Positions 8,792 through 18,431 of a DNA stretch of 64,000 nt are shown one piece after another. The stretch is taken from assembly GCA_963771465.1 (NCBI GenBank), contig CAVYTU010000012.1:1-64000 (forward strand), read 5' to 3'. The position numbers were made by a program, and so were the translations under genes. This DNA comes from an uncultured delta proteobacterium. Its GTDB lineage: Bacteria > Desulfobacterota > Binatia > UBA9968. The notes under the pieces were generated by a model. The model was given only the letters and a program-made list of their open reading frames with translations. It made no database searches and was not told where the DNA came from. The stretch's first letter is position 1. Every line of letters starts with the position of its first letter.

Positions 8792-11050
8792 ATGAAATAT
8801 AAGCAAGCCAATATCGTTGTCTTCGGCTATACTCCATTGGCTAGTTTTGTTGGCGGCAGTGCGGCTTGGGCGCAGTGGGAGGTCGGCAATTATAGTCTTA
8901 CTGGAGAAGCCGAAGTGGGGGGATTGCCGCGGAGTTTTTCAGGGGAGAAGGCAAAATTTGAGGAATATCGCGACGTGCCCGAAAGCATTGTCGTCCCCGA
9001 ACTCAAACTCAGGATAGAGAGTAAGAAAAACGATTGCTATCTGAATTTTGATGCCATCAATGTTGGGCGCAAGGACCAGAACTATCGCCTGCGGGCCGGT
9101 CGTTATGGTTTGCTGGATATCGAGTTTGAGTGGGATCAAATTCCCCACATTTTTAACAAGGACACGGCGGCGACGCCATTTAGATCGCGGGACGGCACTT
9201 TCACCTTATCTTCCAAGCCGACAAATTTAGGCGATTGCCCAAGTGACGGCACGGTTTCCGGTTGGGTCAATGGCTGTGCGCACGGAATCGATCTCGGTTT
9301 GCTGCACGGTTTCGCCAAGGTGAAGCTGCGTTACACGCCGACGCCAGGCTGGACATTCGATGCCCGTTATACATCCCAGAATGTAACCGGCGACCGAGCC
9401 TTCGGCACGGCGATCAACGGATTTACCAACGTGGTGGAGCTGGCTGAACCGACCGACTATCAGATACACAATGTAGAGTTGGGCGGGGAATACGCCGGAC
9501 AATGGTGGAGTCTCGGCCTAAAATACAACGCCTCACTGTTTCACAATAATACCAGCACCCTGGTTTGGGATAACCCGTTTGCGTCCGGCTTGGGTTCGGG
9601 TTGCGCGGATGCGTCTGGCATAACTTGTCGCGGCCGCTTGGATCTCTATCCGAGCAATCAAGCGCATACTTTTACTTTGACCGGGACAGCCAATCTCCCT
9701 TACAAAACAAATTTCTTCGGCACATTCTCCTATGGTTGGAGATTGCAGGATGATAAATTTCTGCCGTTTACGACAAATTCGGCGATCGCTCCCCTCGCGC
9801 CGGGCGCGGCGCTGCCGAGCTCCCGTGCCGCCCTCCTCAGGCAAAGTCTTGACGGCGATGTGCGTCCGACGATGATCAACCTGACAGCGGTTAATCGATA
9901 CGTCGATCGTCTCGACCTCAAAGCGTATTATCGTTATTACGATTTCGACAATCGCAGCAAGAAACTTTTCTTGCCGGACGGCTACGTTCGCACCGATACC
10001 GGGGGTGCTTCGGCGGCCAATGAGGATTTGAGATCATTTCCGTACGCCTACTCAAAGCAGAACATGGGAATGGATGCCGGCTACCAATTTACCCGTTGGC
10101 TTAACGGCAAGTTTAGTTATAGTTTCGAAAGAATGCACCGAGAACGGCGCGAAGTTCTGAACTCTAACGAGCACAGCTTTGGGCCGACCGTGGATATCAA
10201 GCCAAACTCTTGGCTCTTGTTCCGGGCAGCTTATCGGCGCTCTTTGCGCGATGCTCCGGATTATGATGCCGGCAGAGCTGTAGTGTACCAGACGGGAGAG
10301 ACTCCAGAGGACATCCGGCTGGACAGACTGGAGGCGCTGCGGAAGGTCGACGAGGCGGCGCGCAAGCGCAACAAATTTAACTTCTTTACTCAAATCAGTC
10401 CGACTGAGACTCTGACGCTTCACGGCGGTTTTGATTTAATCACCGACGATTATCCGAACAGCGACATCGGCACCCAAAAGGATAACAATTATTCACCTTC
10501 GGTCGGATTCGTCTATGCGCCGTTAGCGTGGGCAAGCTTCTTTGGCGACTACAACTGGGAACGGTTCGATTGGAGAATGCGCGCCATGCAACGCAACGAC
10601 GTTGCGCAAACACCGGAGGGCAATCCCGATAGAGTTTGGACCAGCCGCGGCAAAGACCGTATCCACACCTTCAGTTTGGGGACAGACTTGAAGGTCATTG
10701 AAAACCTGTTGGGACTGCGCATTCAGTATGGGTTTTCCTATGGCGAAAGCCTGGTACACTCGAGCGGTAGCACTTGCTCCGAATGCACACGCGCTACGGA
10801 TTATCCCTCAGTAACGAACCGTTGGCACGAATTGCTGACGCGTTTTACCTACGCGCTGCACAAGAATGTCGAGCTCAAATTCGGCTACTATTTTAACCGT
10901 TATAGCTCGAAAGATTTCGGCGTCGATATCATGAGCTTGTTTATGGGCAATGTGGATAGCGGCGCAGGCACCTCGATCTATCTCGGTGATCGACTCAAAG
11001 GTTCGTATGAGGCGCATGTCGGGTTTATCGGACTAAAGTTCAAGTTTTAA
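8792..11050 (+). CDS. mtrB: MtrB/PioB-family outer-membrane beta-barrel
   Basis: Directly follows the decaheme gene with RBS GAGGAG; AKFEEYRD, EPTDY, YNASLFHN, P.NQAH; C-terminal Phe. Confidence 0.9.
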   Translation: MKYKQANIVVFGYTPLASFVGGSAAWAQWEVGNYSLTGEAEVGGLPRSFSGEKAKFEEYRDVPESIVVPELKLRIESKKNDCYLNFDAINVGRKDQNYRLRAGRYGLLDIEFEWDQIPHIFNKDTAATPFRSRDGTFTLSSKPTNLGDCPSDGTVSGWVNGCAHGIDLGLLHGFAKVKLRYTPTPGWTFDARYTSQNVTGDRAFGTAINGFTNVVELAEPTDYQIHNVELGGEYAGQWWSLGLKYNASLFHNNTSTLVWDNPFASGLGSGCADASGITCRGRLDLYPSNQAHTFTLTGTANLPYKTNFFGTFSYGWRLQDDKFLPFTTNSAIAPLAPGAALPSSRAALLRQSLDGDVRPTMINLTAVNRYVDRLDLKAYYRYYDFDNRSKKLFLPDGYVRTDTGGASAANEDLRSFPYAYSKQNMGMDAGYQFTRWLNGKFSYSFERMHRERREVLNSNEHSFGPTVDIKPNSWLLFRAAYRRSLRDAPDYDAGRAVVYQTGETPEDIRLDRLEALRKVDEAARKRNKFNFFTQISPTETLTLHGGFDLITDDYPNSDIGTQKDNNYSPSVGFVYAPLAWASFFGDYNWERFDWRMRAMQRNDVAQTPEGNPDRVWTSRGKDRIHTFSLGTDLKVIENLLGLRIQYGFSYGESLVHSSGSTCSECTRATDYPSVTNRWHELLTRFTYALHKNVELKFGYYFNRYSSKDFGVDIMSLFMGNVDSGAGTSIYLGDRLKGSYEAHVGFIGLKFKF

Positions 11051-11097
11051 ACGTCTGCATCGCTAGCACAGAACGACTATTCGAAGGGAATAAGCGA

Positions 11098-11700
11098 TTG
11101 GCAAACCACGCTGTTACGATCCTCGTCGTTCTGAGCATTATTCTCATCGGTTTGCTGATCGTGCGGCCGTCGCTCACCGCGGTGACCGGCGGCAAGATTC
11201 TTGCCTTTATCGCCTTATTTATTCTGCCGATCAGCGCGCTCGGTCTAGGCTCGGTGGCTCATCTCCAACACGCGACATCCACCAATTTTTGTCTATCCTG
11301 CCATCCGATGGAGGCCTACGGAAAAAGTCTACGCATCGATGATCCAAGCTATATTCCCGCCTCCCACTTTCAAAATAATCGCATCCCGAGAAATGAAGCC
11401 TGCTATGCGTGTCACACAAATTACGCGATGTTCGGCGGCTTGAAGGCGAAGCTCGGCGGGCTGAGGCATTTAGCTATCTATTACTTCGGCACAGTACCGG
11501 CCAAGCTTGCTCTTTATGAGCCTTATCACAATCGTGAATGCCTGCACTGCCACGCCGGCGCGAGAACTTTTGAAGATACCTCCCCTCATAAAGAAATGAA
11601 GGAGCAGCTGGGCGCCAACGACATGTCATGTCTGACCTGTCATAACAAGATCCATGACGTTCAGAACGCGGACAAGTTGAAGTTTTGGAAAGGACCGTGA
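11098..11700 (+). CDS. NapC/NirT (CymA-like) tetraheme quinol dehydrogenase
   Basis: Two N-terminal TM segments; FCLSCH, CYACH, CLHCH, CLTCH. Confidence 0.88.
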   Translation: MANHAVTILVVLSIILIGLLIVRPSLTAVTGGKILAFIALFILPISALGLGSVAHLQHATSTNFCLSCHPMEAYGKSLRIDDPSYIPASHFQNNRIPRNEACYACHTNYAMFGGLKAKLGGLRHLAIYYFGTVPAKLALYEPYHNRECLHCHAGARTFEDTSPHKEMKEQLGANDMSCLTCHNKIHDVQNADKLKFWKGP

Positions 11701-11702
11701 TC

Positions 11703-11894
11703 ATGGCTGAGAATCCTAGCCGCTTACATCGAAGGCTCAAGATCGCCGCTTACCTGCTGATTGCCGGCTTGGTCCTTGAAGCAATAACACTCTACTGGTC
11801 GAGCCCCTTAAGTTTCATCCTTTTTGCCGGGGGCGCCGGAACTCTCATGGTCTTGGGCATTATCGTTTATCTCACGGCGATCGCCGCCGCATGA
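11703..11894 (+). CDS. Small two-TM membrane protein
   Basis: 63 aa, two hydrophobic helices, starts 2 nt after the NapC-like gene. Confidence 0.7.
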   Translation: MAENPSRLHRRLKIAAYLLIAGLVLEAITLYWSSPLSFILFAGGAGTLMVLGIIVYLTAIAAA

Positions 11895-12044
11895 ACCGGC
11901 GGAACGCGACATAGCTTAGAGTTGCCGATCGGTTTTTTTGGCGTACTGAATATGCTACTCATTTTAACAGGTGAAATGAATAAGAAACGGCTGAAACAAT
12001 ATTTCGCAGACGTAAAACAACGAGTTTCAATGAGGAAAAGAGCA

Positions 12045-12377
12045 ATGAAGATTACGCATACATTAGCGATCAGCAGCATGATTTTTTTGTTCGGATTGCC
12101 CGTTTCACCGGTTGTGGCCGCCGACGCCCCGGCAGGTAAGGCACTTTATGAGAAAAATTGCGCATCGTGCCATGGCGCCGACGGCAAAGGAAATCCGGCC
12201 ATGATCAAAGCCCTTGGAGAAAAAGGCTTGAATATCACCACGAAAGAGGTAGCGCAGATGCCGGATGACCACGTCGCGAAGATTATTGCCGAGGGCGCCG
12301 GCAAGATGCCCAAATCAAAACTCAGCCCGGCAGAGCAAAAGCAAGTCTTGAATTACAGCAGAACTCTAGCCAAGTAA
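12045..12377 (+). CDS. Periplasmic monoheme class I cytochrome c
   Basis: Signal peptide, GKALYEKNCASCHGADGKG, G.GKMP (Met ligand). Confidence 0.9.
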   Translation: MKITHTLAISSMIFLFGLPVSPVVAADAPAGKALYEKNCASCHGADGKGNPAMIKALGEKGLNITTKEVAQMPDDHVAKIIAEGAGKMPKSKLSPAEQKQVLNYSRTLAK

Positions 12378-13028
12378 AATCCAGGACATTCCCGGTGGCA
12401 GCGACACGGTGCTGTGGCGTTGGTCTCAAACGGTCGCATCCGGCTGGTGCTCGTGAAGTCGAGGGGACGCGCAGAACGCTGACCCTTGACGACGCATTCG
12501 CCATCGCGGATACCTAATGACGCCCTTCACGCCTTCCAATACTGCGGGCCGCGGCGGTCGGCGATTTGCACTCCGCCATACTTTACGATTCGAAAACCAT
12601 TGCCCCAACCATGACCGCGTTAGTGCGGATCCCGTGCGGATCATTACGCGGAGATCTCCATCGCTAGTGGACTGTAACATCAACTTAACTTCAAATCTTC
12701 GCAGGCCTCAGGGCGAACGGCAACGGAGTTCCTTTCGTGGTGAGACGCTTGTCGAACCATGAACGTTAACGCGAATCATTGTTACAGTTCACTAGCTCAT
12801 ACTTTGCTTAGCGGATTAGCGCTAAGCGCGGCGTCGACCCATTTCTGCCGATTGGGCACCATTTTTGGAATCACTTTCTTCGCGGTCTTCACCGCAATTT
12901 CCCTGCCGGCGTGCTTGCCATAGCTGACTCAGAAACTCGGAGAAAATAGGCATTGCGCTGACTGAAGCTCTCGTTGCTTGTGTGGCGATCTTACCAACAT
13001 ACGAGCTCGGGCTGCTTGCCGGTACCGT

Positions 13029-13046
13029 GTGGGACTAAGGTCCAAT
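13029..13046 (+). promoter_or_regulatory. Palindromic operator (GTGGGAC-TAAG-GTCCAAT) upstream of the lipoprotein-DASS pair
   Basis: Matches the other copies; TAGACG-N17-TACAAG. Confidence 0.8.
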
Positions 13047-13138
13047 AGACGCGCTTTTCGCTTCTCGTTACAAGTCATCGTAAAGTCACATCGACTCGGC
13101 GGTTCATGGTATCGCTCCGATCCGGAGGGAAGAGCGAA

Positions 13139-13708
13139 ATGATTTCTCGACAGCATCGGTTTCTGTTGCCCGGCTGGCGATGGCCAACGCTCGTCGCTCT
13201 CCTACTAACGGCGGCGTGCGGCCAGTCAGGTGGCACGCCGCAGACTCCTCTCGCCAACGAATGGCACGCGTTCGAGGGCACGTGGACTGCAACAGGTACG
13301 CGCCGGACGCTGCACCTGGGCGCGAATGACCGTGCGGGCATCTTCGAACTGACAGGATCAGTACTGCTCAGCGGGGCACAGCGGCCGGCGGTCGGGTTCA
13401 GGGCGCAGGCGATCGGCTTCTCCGACAGCCGCACAGGCATGCAAGGACGCTCTGTCTGGACCGACGAGCGCGGCGACATGGTTTACAGCGAGTTGAGTGG
13501 CGAGTTCGTCGGTACTGGCAACCATATTGTGGGCACGTTCATCGGCGGGACAGGCCGTTACATTGGTGTAACCGGCGACTACAGTTTCCAGTGGCAGTAC
13601 GTGGTCGATTCAGAGGATGGTGCGGTGAGCGGACGGGTCGTCGACTTCAAGGGCCGGGCGCGGTTAGGCCAATCCGCTACGGCGCCTGTAGCAAGAGCCG
13701 GCGGATGA
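13139..13708 (+). CDS. Hypothetical lipoprotein, beta-rich
   Basis: LLTAAC lipobox; GGTGRYIGVTG motif; ATGA overlap with the DASS gene. Confidence 0.75.
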   Translation: MISRQHRFLLPGWRWPTLVALLLTAACGQSGGTPQTPLANEWHAFEGTWTATGTRRTLHLGANDRAGIFELTGSVLLSGAQRPAVGFRAQAIGFSDSRTGMQGRSVWTDERGDMVYSELSGEFVGTGNHIVGTFIGGTGRYIGVTGDYSFQWQYVVDSEDGAVSGRVVDFKGRARLGQSATAPVARAGG

Positions 13709-15120
13709 GTGTAGTCCCTGCCGACTTCCGCCAGCTGGGCAAACAAGCCCTCTCATTCGCCCTAGTCCTCGGCGTCTGGTTTGCGCCGATCCCGGCCGGA
13801 CTGAGTAGGGAGGCCTGGCACCTTTTCGCCGTTTTTGCGGCGGCGATCTTCTCGATCATCGTAAACGCATTTCCGCTCCTGACGGCCTCGCTACTCGCCG
13901 TGGGCGCAGTTGTGCTGACCGGCACCGTGGACCCGGCCAAGGCATTTGCTGGCTTTGCGAATTCGAGCGTGCTTCTGGTCGTGGTCGCGTTCCTGGTAGC
14001 AAATGCCGTGGTGAAGTGCGGCCTCGGCCGTCGCATCAGCCTGCTCGTGGTGAGCGCATTCGGACGGTCCACGCTCGGACTGGGTTACAGCATCTTTCTT
14101 ACCGATGCGCTGATCGCACCGGCGTTTCCGAGCAATACGGCGCGCGCCGGCGTGCTTTACCCGATCATTCTTTCCCTCGCCCAGAGCGCCGGTTCCACGC
14201 CGGAAGATGCAGAGAGACGCCGTCTGGGCGGTTATCTCATGTTCTGCGGCATGGCGAGTTTAAGCGTCTCGTCGGCTCTATGGCTCACAGCAACTTCCGC
14301 CAATCCGGTCGGCGTATCGCTGGCGGCGCAATCCGGGGTGAAGATTGCCTTCGGCACCTGGCTGCTGGCTGCGTCGGTTCCTGCACTGGCGACCATTATT
14401 CTGCTCCCTTTGATCCTTTCCAGGCTGTTCCCACCAGGCGTGACCGACACGCCCGATGCGCCCGCGCTAGCGCGTAAGGAGCTGCAGAGGATGGGGCGGC
14501 TCGCGCGCGACGAGTGGATCGTCGCGGTGACTTTTGCGGTCATGGTGACCGGATGGATAATGGCGGACACTCTGAAGCTCAGCCTCCCTGCGGTGGCGTT
14601 CGCCGGCCTGGGCGTGCTCCTCGCGACCAACGTCCTGACGCTCGATGACATCAATTTACAAGGCGGTACTCTGGCGACCTTTCTCTGGCTCGCGGTGCTT
14701 TTCGCGTTGAGCGGCCAGCTCAACGAGCTCGGTTTCATGGGTTACGTCGGCGGGAAGCTTACCGCGATGCTCGAGGGCATCGCCTGGCCGGTCGCCTACG
14801 TCGTTTTGCTGGTGCTCTACGTGCTGATGCACTATATGTTCGTGAGCCAGACGGCGCAGGTCCTCGCGCTGTTCGGCGTGTTCCTCGATGTCGCCGTGCG
14901 CACTGGAGTGCCCGCATCCCTGATGGCATTCGCACTGCTGTTTGCCAGCAGCTACTTCTCGACGATTACCCCGCAGGGCGGCAGCCAGAATGTCATCTTC
15001 GTTGGCAGCAACTACTTGACTCAGGGCGAGCTTTACCGCCTCGGCCTGCTGACTACGGGGTTTTGCCTACTCGTGTTCCTGGTGCTGGGAACGCCTTGGT
15101 TGCTTTTCGTCGCAAGGTGA
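13705..15120 (+). CDS. DASS-family di/tricarboxylate (anion) permease, CitT-like
   Basis: PSNTARAG, LGRRI, TATSANP; about 12 TM helices. Confidence 0.92.
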   Translation: MSVVPADFRQLGKQALSFALVLGVWFAPIPAGLSREAWHLFAVFAAAIFSIIVNAFPLLTASLLAVGAVVLTGTVDPAKAFAGFANSSVLLVVVAFLVANAVVKCGLGRRISLLVVSAFGRSTLGLGYSIFLTDALIAPAFPSNTARAGVLYPIILSLAQSAGSTPEDAERRRLGGYLMFCGMASLSVSSALWLTATSANPVGVSLAAQSGVKIAFGTWLLAASVPALATIILLPLILSRLFPPGVTDTPDAPALARKELQRMGRLARDEWIVAVTFAVMVTGWIMADTLKLSLPAVAFAGLGVLLATNVLTLDDINLQGGTLATFLWLAVLFALSGQLNELGFMGYVGGKLTAMLEGIAWPVAYVVLLVLYVLMHYMFVSQTAQVLALFGVFLDVAVRTGVPASLMAFALLFASSYFSTITPQGGSQNVIFVGSNYLTQGELYRLGLLTTGFCLLVFLVLGTPWLLFVAR

Positions 15121-15239
15121 CGCCGGCGGGCATAATGCTACGACACCGCGCACGCGTTCGAGAAGCTGATCGGCGACGTACCAAAATAGTGAAGTGCCCG
15201 CGGTCCAGTCACGCCAACAGTTTACGGCCAGAGGTAGAT

Positions 15240-15257
15240 GTTGGACTAAGGTCCAAT
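15240..15257 (+). promoter_or_regulatory. Palindromic operator (GTTGGAC-TAAG-GTCCAAT) upstream of frdC
   Basis: Matches the other copies; TAGACA-N17-TAGAGC. Confidence 0.85.
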
Positions 15258-15367
15258 AGACAGCATCTCAATCCCGCGATAGAGCAGAAATACCTTCAGG
15301 CGCATGCGCTCGAGAAACTGATCAATAAGCGATCGCGCCAACGTAGGCATAGACAAGGAGGAATACC

Positions 15368-16150
15368 ATGAACAACCAAGTCGATGTCATTGCCGGAACC
15401 GGCCTGGACCTCAAAGCGCGAAAGAGTCACTGGCCGGCGCGCTTGGATCTTGTCCAGAGCGCGAGCGGATTGTTCTTGGGCCTTTTCATGTGGGGCCATA
15501 TGGCTTTCGTGTCGACAATCCTGATCAGCAACGATGCCATGTGGTGGGTGACCAAGATGTTCGAGGGACAGTTTATTTTCGGCAAAGCCTATTCCGGCAT
15601 CGTGGCTGCCGTCGTCGCCCTGGTTTCGTTTCTATTCGTGCTCCATGGCTTGCTCGCCATGCGAAAATTTCCTGCGAACTTTCAAGAATACAAAAGTTTC
15701 GCCGGCCACCGGCAAATGATGCGCCATGAGGACACCACGCTCTGGTGGGTGCAAGCGTGGACCGGTTTTGCCCTCTTCTTTTTGGCTTCGGTTCATCTCT
15801 ACCAGATGCTCATGCATCCCGGCGATATCGGCCCCTACGAATCGGCGGAGCGCGTGTGGAGCGGCCGCTGGTGGCCGCTCTATCTGGTCCTGTTGTTTGC
15901 CGTCGAGCTGCACGGCGGCGTGGGTCTCTACCGGTTGGCGGTAAAGTGGGGCTGGTTCGAAGGCGAAGATCCGAATCGGACGCGCGTGATGCTCAAGAGG
16001 TTCAAATGGGCAATCACAGTATTTTTCCTGACGCTCGGTCTGCTCACACTGGGGGCGTACATGAAGCTCGGCCACGAACGCCGCGATCGGCTCGGCGAGC
16101 GCTACGTGCCATCCTGGGCCGCGCCTTCGGGTTCACCGGCACGGCATTAG
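15368..16150 (+). CDS. frdC: Fumarate reductase diheme cytochrome b subunit (Wolinella type B)
   Basis: QSASGLFLGLFMWGHM, AMRKFP, YLVLLFAVELHG.VGLYRLAVKWGWF; four His heme ligands. Confidence 0.93.
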   Translation: MNNQVDVIAGTGLDLKARKSHWPARLDLVQSASGLFLGLFMWGHMAFVSTILISNDAMWWVTKMFEGQFIFGKAYSGIVAAVVALVSFLFVLHGLLAMRKFPANFQEYKSFAGHRQMMRHEDTTLWWVQAWTGFALFFLASVHLYQMLMHPGDIGPYESAERVWSGRWWPLYLVLLFAVELHGGVGLYRLAVKWGWFEGEDPNRTRVMLKRFKWAITVFFLTLGLLTLGAYMKLGHERRDRLGERYVPSWAAPSGSPARH

Positions 16151-16174
16151 CGAAACATAGTCTTGGCAAAGGCG

Positions 16175-16319
16175 AGAATTCGAAGGACGAAATCCGAAAT
16201 TCGAAACAATTTCAAATGAATCAAAAGAGAAAAAATTCTAAACAATGTTCATCCGGCTTTCGTGTTTTGGATTTTGCCTTCAGTTTGTTTCGAAATCCGA
16301 ATATCGAAATTCGGATTTG
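16175..16319. repeat. AT-rich heptamer-repeat palindromic element (CGAAATC/CGAAATT...TTCGGATTT)
   Basis: Tandem CGAAATY units followed by their complements between frdC and frdA. Confidence 0.7.
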
Positions 16320-16351
16320 TTCACAGTGTTTCTAACGAAGGAAGTTAAGCC

Positions 16352-18331
16352 ATGAAAATAATTTACACAGACGTTTTGGTTATCGGCGGCGGTCTCGCAG
16401 GTTTGCGCATCGGCATCGGCGCCAAACGGCGCGGCCATGATGTGATCATTCTGTCATTGGTGCCGCCTAAGCGCTCTCATTCAGCCGCGGCGCAAGGCGG
16501 CATGCAGGCAAGCCTCGGCAACGTCATCAAGGGCGAAGGCGACAACGAAGACGTGCACTTCGAAGATACGGTGCGCGGCAGCGACTGGGGCGCCGACCAG
16601 CAAGTGGTGCGCATGTTCGTCGATACCGCTCCCAAAGCGGTGCGCGAGTTGGCGGCGTGGGGCCTCCCTTGGAGCCGGATAACCAGAGGCGATCGCGACG
16701 TCATCATCAACGGGCAAAAAGTCACCATCACCGAGCGCGACGAAGCCCATGGGCTGATCGCTCAGCGGGCCTTCGGCGGCACCAACAAGTGGCGCACCTG
16801 TTATGTTTCGGACGGCACCGGGCACGCCATGCTCAATACCATGAGCGATCAGGCGATTGCCCAGAAGATACCGGTGCATGAACGAGCCGAGGCGATTGCT
16901 TTGATCCACGACGGCAGTCGTTGCTACGGCGCAATCGTGCGCAATCTTGTTACCGGCGAATTGCTAGCCTACGTCGCCAAGGCCACCGCCATTACCGGTG
17001 GCGGCGCGGGGCGACTATACCGCGTGACCACTAATGCGGTGATCTCCGAAGGGATTCCCACTGCCATTGCACTCGAGACCGGTATCGCTTCGCTCGGCAA
17101 TATGGAGGCGGTGCAGTTTCATCCGACGCCGGCCTTTCCTCCTGGAATTCTGCTCACCGAGGGCGCCCGCGGCGACGGCGGGCTATTGAAAGACGTCGAC
17201 GGTCATCGCTTCATGCCGGATTACGAGCCGGAGAAAAGAGAGCTTGCCTCGCGCGACGTGGTCTCGCGCCGTATGGAAGAGCACATCGCCAAAGGCAAGG
17301 GCGTGAAGTCGCGATTTGGCGACCATCTCTGGCTGGATATTACTCTGTTGGGCGAGTACCACATCAAACACAACCTGCGCGAAGTTTATGAAATCTGCCA
17401 CTATTTTCTCGGCGTCGATCCGGTGAAGGAGTGGGTGCCGGTGCGGCCGGCGCAGCACTACACCATGGGCGGCGTGCGCACCAACCACACCGGTGAAAGT
17501 CCGACGCTCAAGGGGCTGTTTTCCGCGGGCGAGGCGGCCTGCTGGGACATGCATGGATTCAACCGCCTGGGCGGCAACTCGGTGGCCGAGACGGTGGCGG
17601 CCGGCATGATCGTCGGCGAGTTCATCGCTGATTTCTGCGAGCGGTCCGACTCGGGGGCGAGTATCCCCACCAGTCTGGTTCAGGAAACCTTGCAGCGCGA
17701 GCAAGCGAAGATCGATGCCTTGATCGACGGCCGGGGCACGGAGAACGCCGCCGCGATCATGGCCGAGATGCAGACGATCATGACTAATAAGGTTGGCATC
17801 TTTCGCAGGGGCCCAGTGTTGGAGGAGGCTGTGCACGGGCTGCAGCAGCTTCTGTTGCGCAGCCGCAACATCGGCCTGCGCTACAAGGCGCGCGGCGCCA
17901 ATCCGGAGCTGGTGACGGCCTACCGGGTGCAGAAAATGCTCAAGATGGCGCAGTGCGTCGCCTACGGGGCGCTCCAGCGAACCGAAAGCCGCGGTGCTCA
18001 CTTCCGCGAGGACTTTCCGCGCCGCAACGACGCCGAATGGCTGAACCGCACACTGGCGATATGGAAATCGGAAAGCGACACCCTGCCGTCGCTCGCCTAC
18101 GAAAAACTCGATGTCATGAAAATGGAGCTAGCGCCGGGCTGGCGCGGCTACGGCGCCAAGGATCACATCGATCATCCCGATACGCCCAGGCGTCTCGCCG
18201 AGATCGAAGCGCTCAAGCAGCGCCGCGACGGCGCCGATCGTTTCGCGGTGCAAGAGCAGCTGATGCCCTACGACCATATGTTGCCCAAACCTTTGCGCGG
18301 CAGGAATGAACGGATCGACGAAAGATTGTGA
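16352..18331 (+). CDS. frdA: Fumarate reductase flavoprotein subunit
   Basis: [16 protein letters not shown] (covalent FAD His), [28 protein letters not shown]. Confidence 0.97.
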   Translation: MKIIYTDVLVIGGGLAGLRIGIGAKRRGHDVIILSLVPPKRSHSAAAQGGMQASLGNVIKGEGDNEDVHFEDTVRGSDWGADQQVVRMFVDTAPKAVRELAAWGLPWSRITRGDRDVIINGQKVTITERDEAHGLIAQRAFGGTNKWRTCYVSDGTGHAMLNTMSDQAIAQKIPVHERAEAIALIHDGSRCYGAIVRNLVTGELLAYVAKATAITGGGAGRLYRVTTNAVISEGIPTAIALETGIASLGNMEAVQFHPTPAFPPGILLTEGARGDGGLLKDVDGHRFMPDYEPEKRELASRDVVSRRMEEHIAKGKGVKSRFGDHLWLDITLLGEYHIKHNLREVYEICHYFLGVDPVKEWVPVRPAQHYTMGGVRTNHTGESPTLKGLFSAGEAACWDMHGFNRLGGNSVAETVAAGMIVGEFIADFCERSDSGASIPTSLVQETLQREQAKIDALIDGRGTENAAAIMAEMQTIMTNKVGIFRRGPVLEEAVHGLQQLLLRSRNIGLRYKARGANPELVTAYRVQKMLKMAQCVAYGALQRTESRGAHFREDFPRRNDAEWLNRTLAIWKSESDTLPSLAYEKLDVMKMELAPGWRGYGAKDHIDHPDTPRRLAEIEALKQRRDGADRFAVQEQLMPYDHMLPKPLRGRNERIDERL

Positions 18332-18431
18332 AGCCCCGCCAGGAGCCCGGCTAGAGAAACGTCGCGATAGGATTTAGTTGAGGTGCTTGGAGTCTCTTTA
18401 CGTTCGTTAGAAGGAGAAAGGAGCATCTGTC

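Noticed and set aside
12700-12790. Possible c-di-GMP-type riboswitch (GGGCGAAC...GAGACGC)
   Set aside because: The GNRA tetraloop/receptor stems could not be built, and it lies upstream of the predicted promoter
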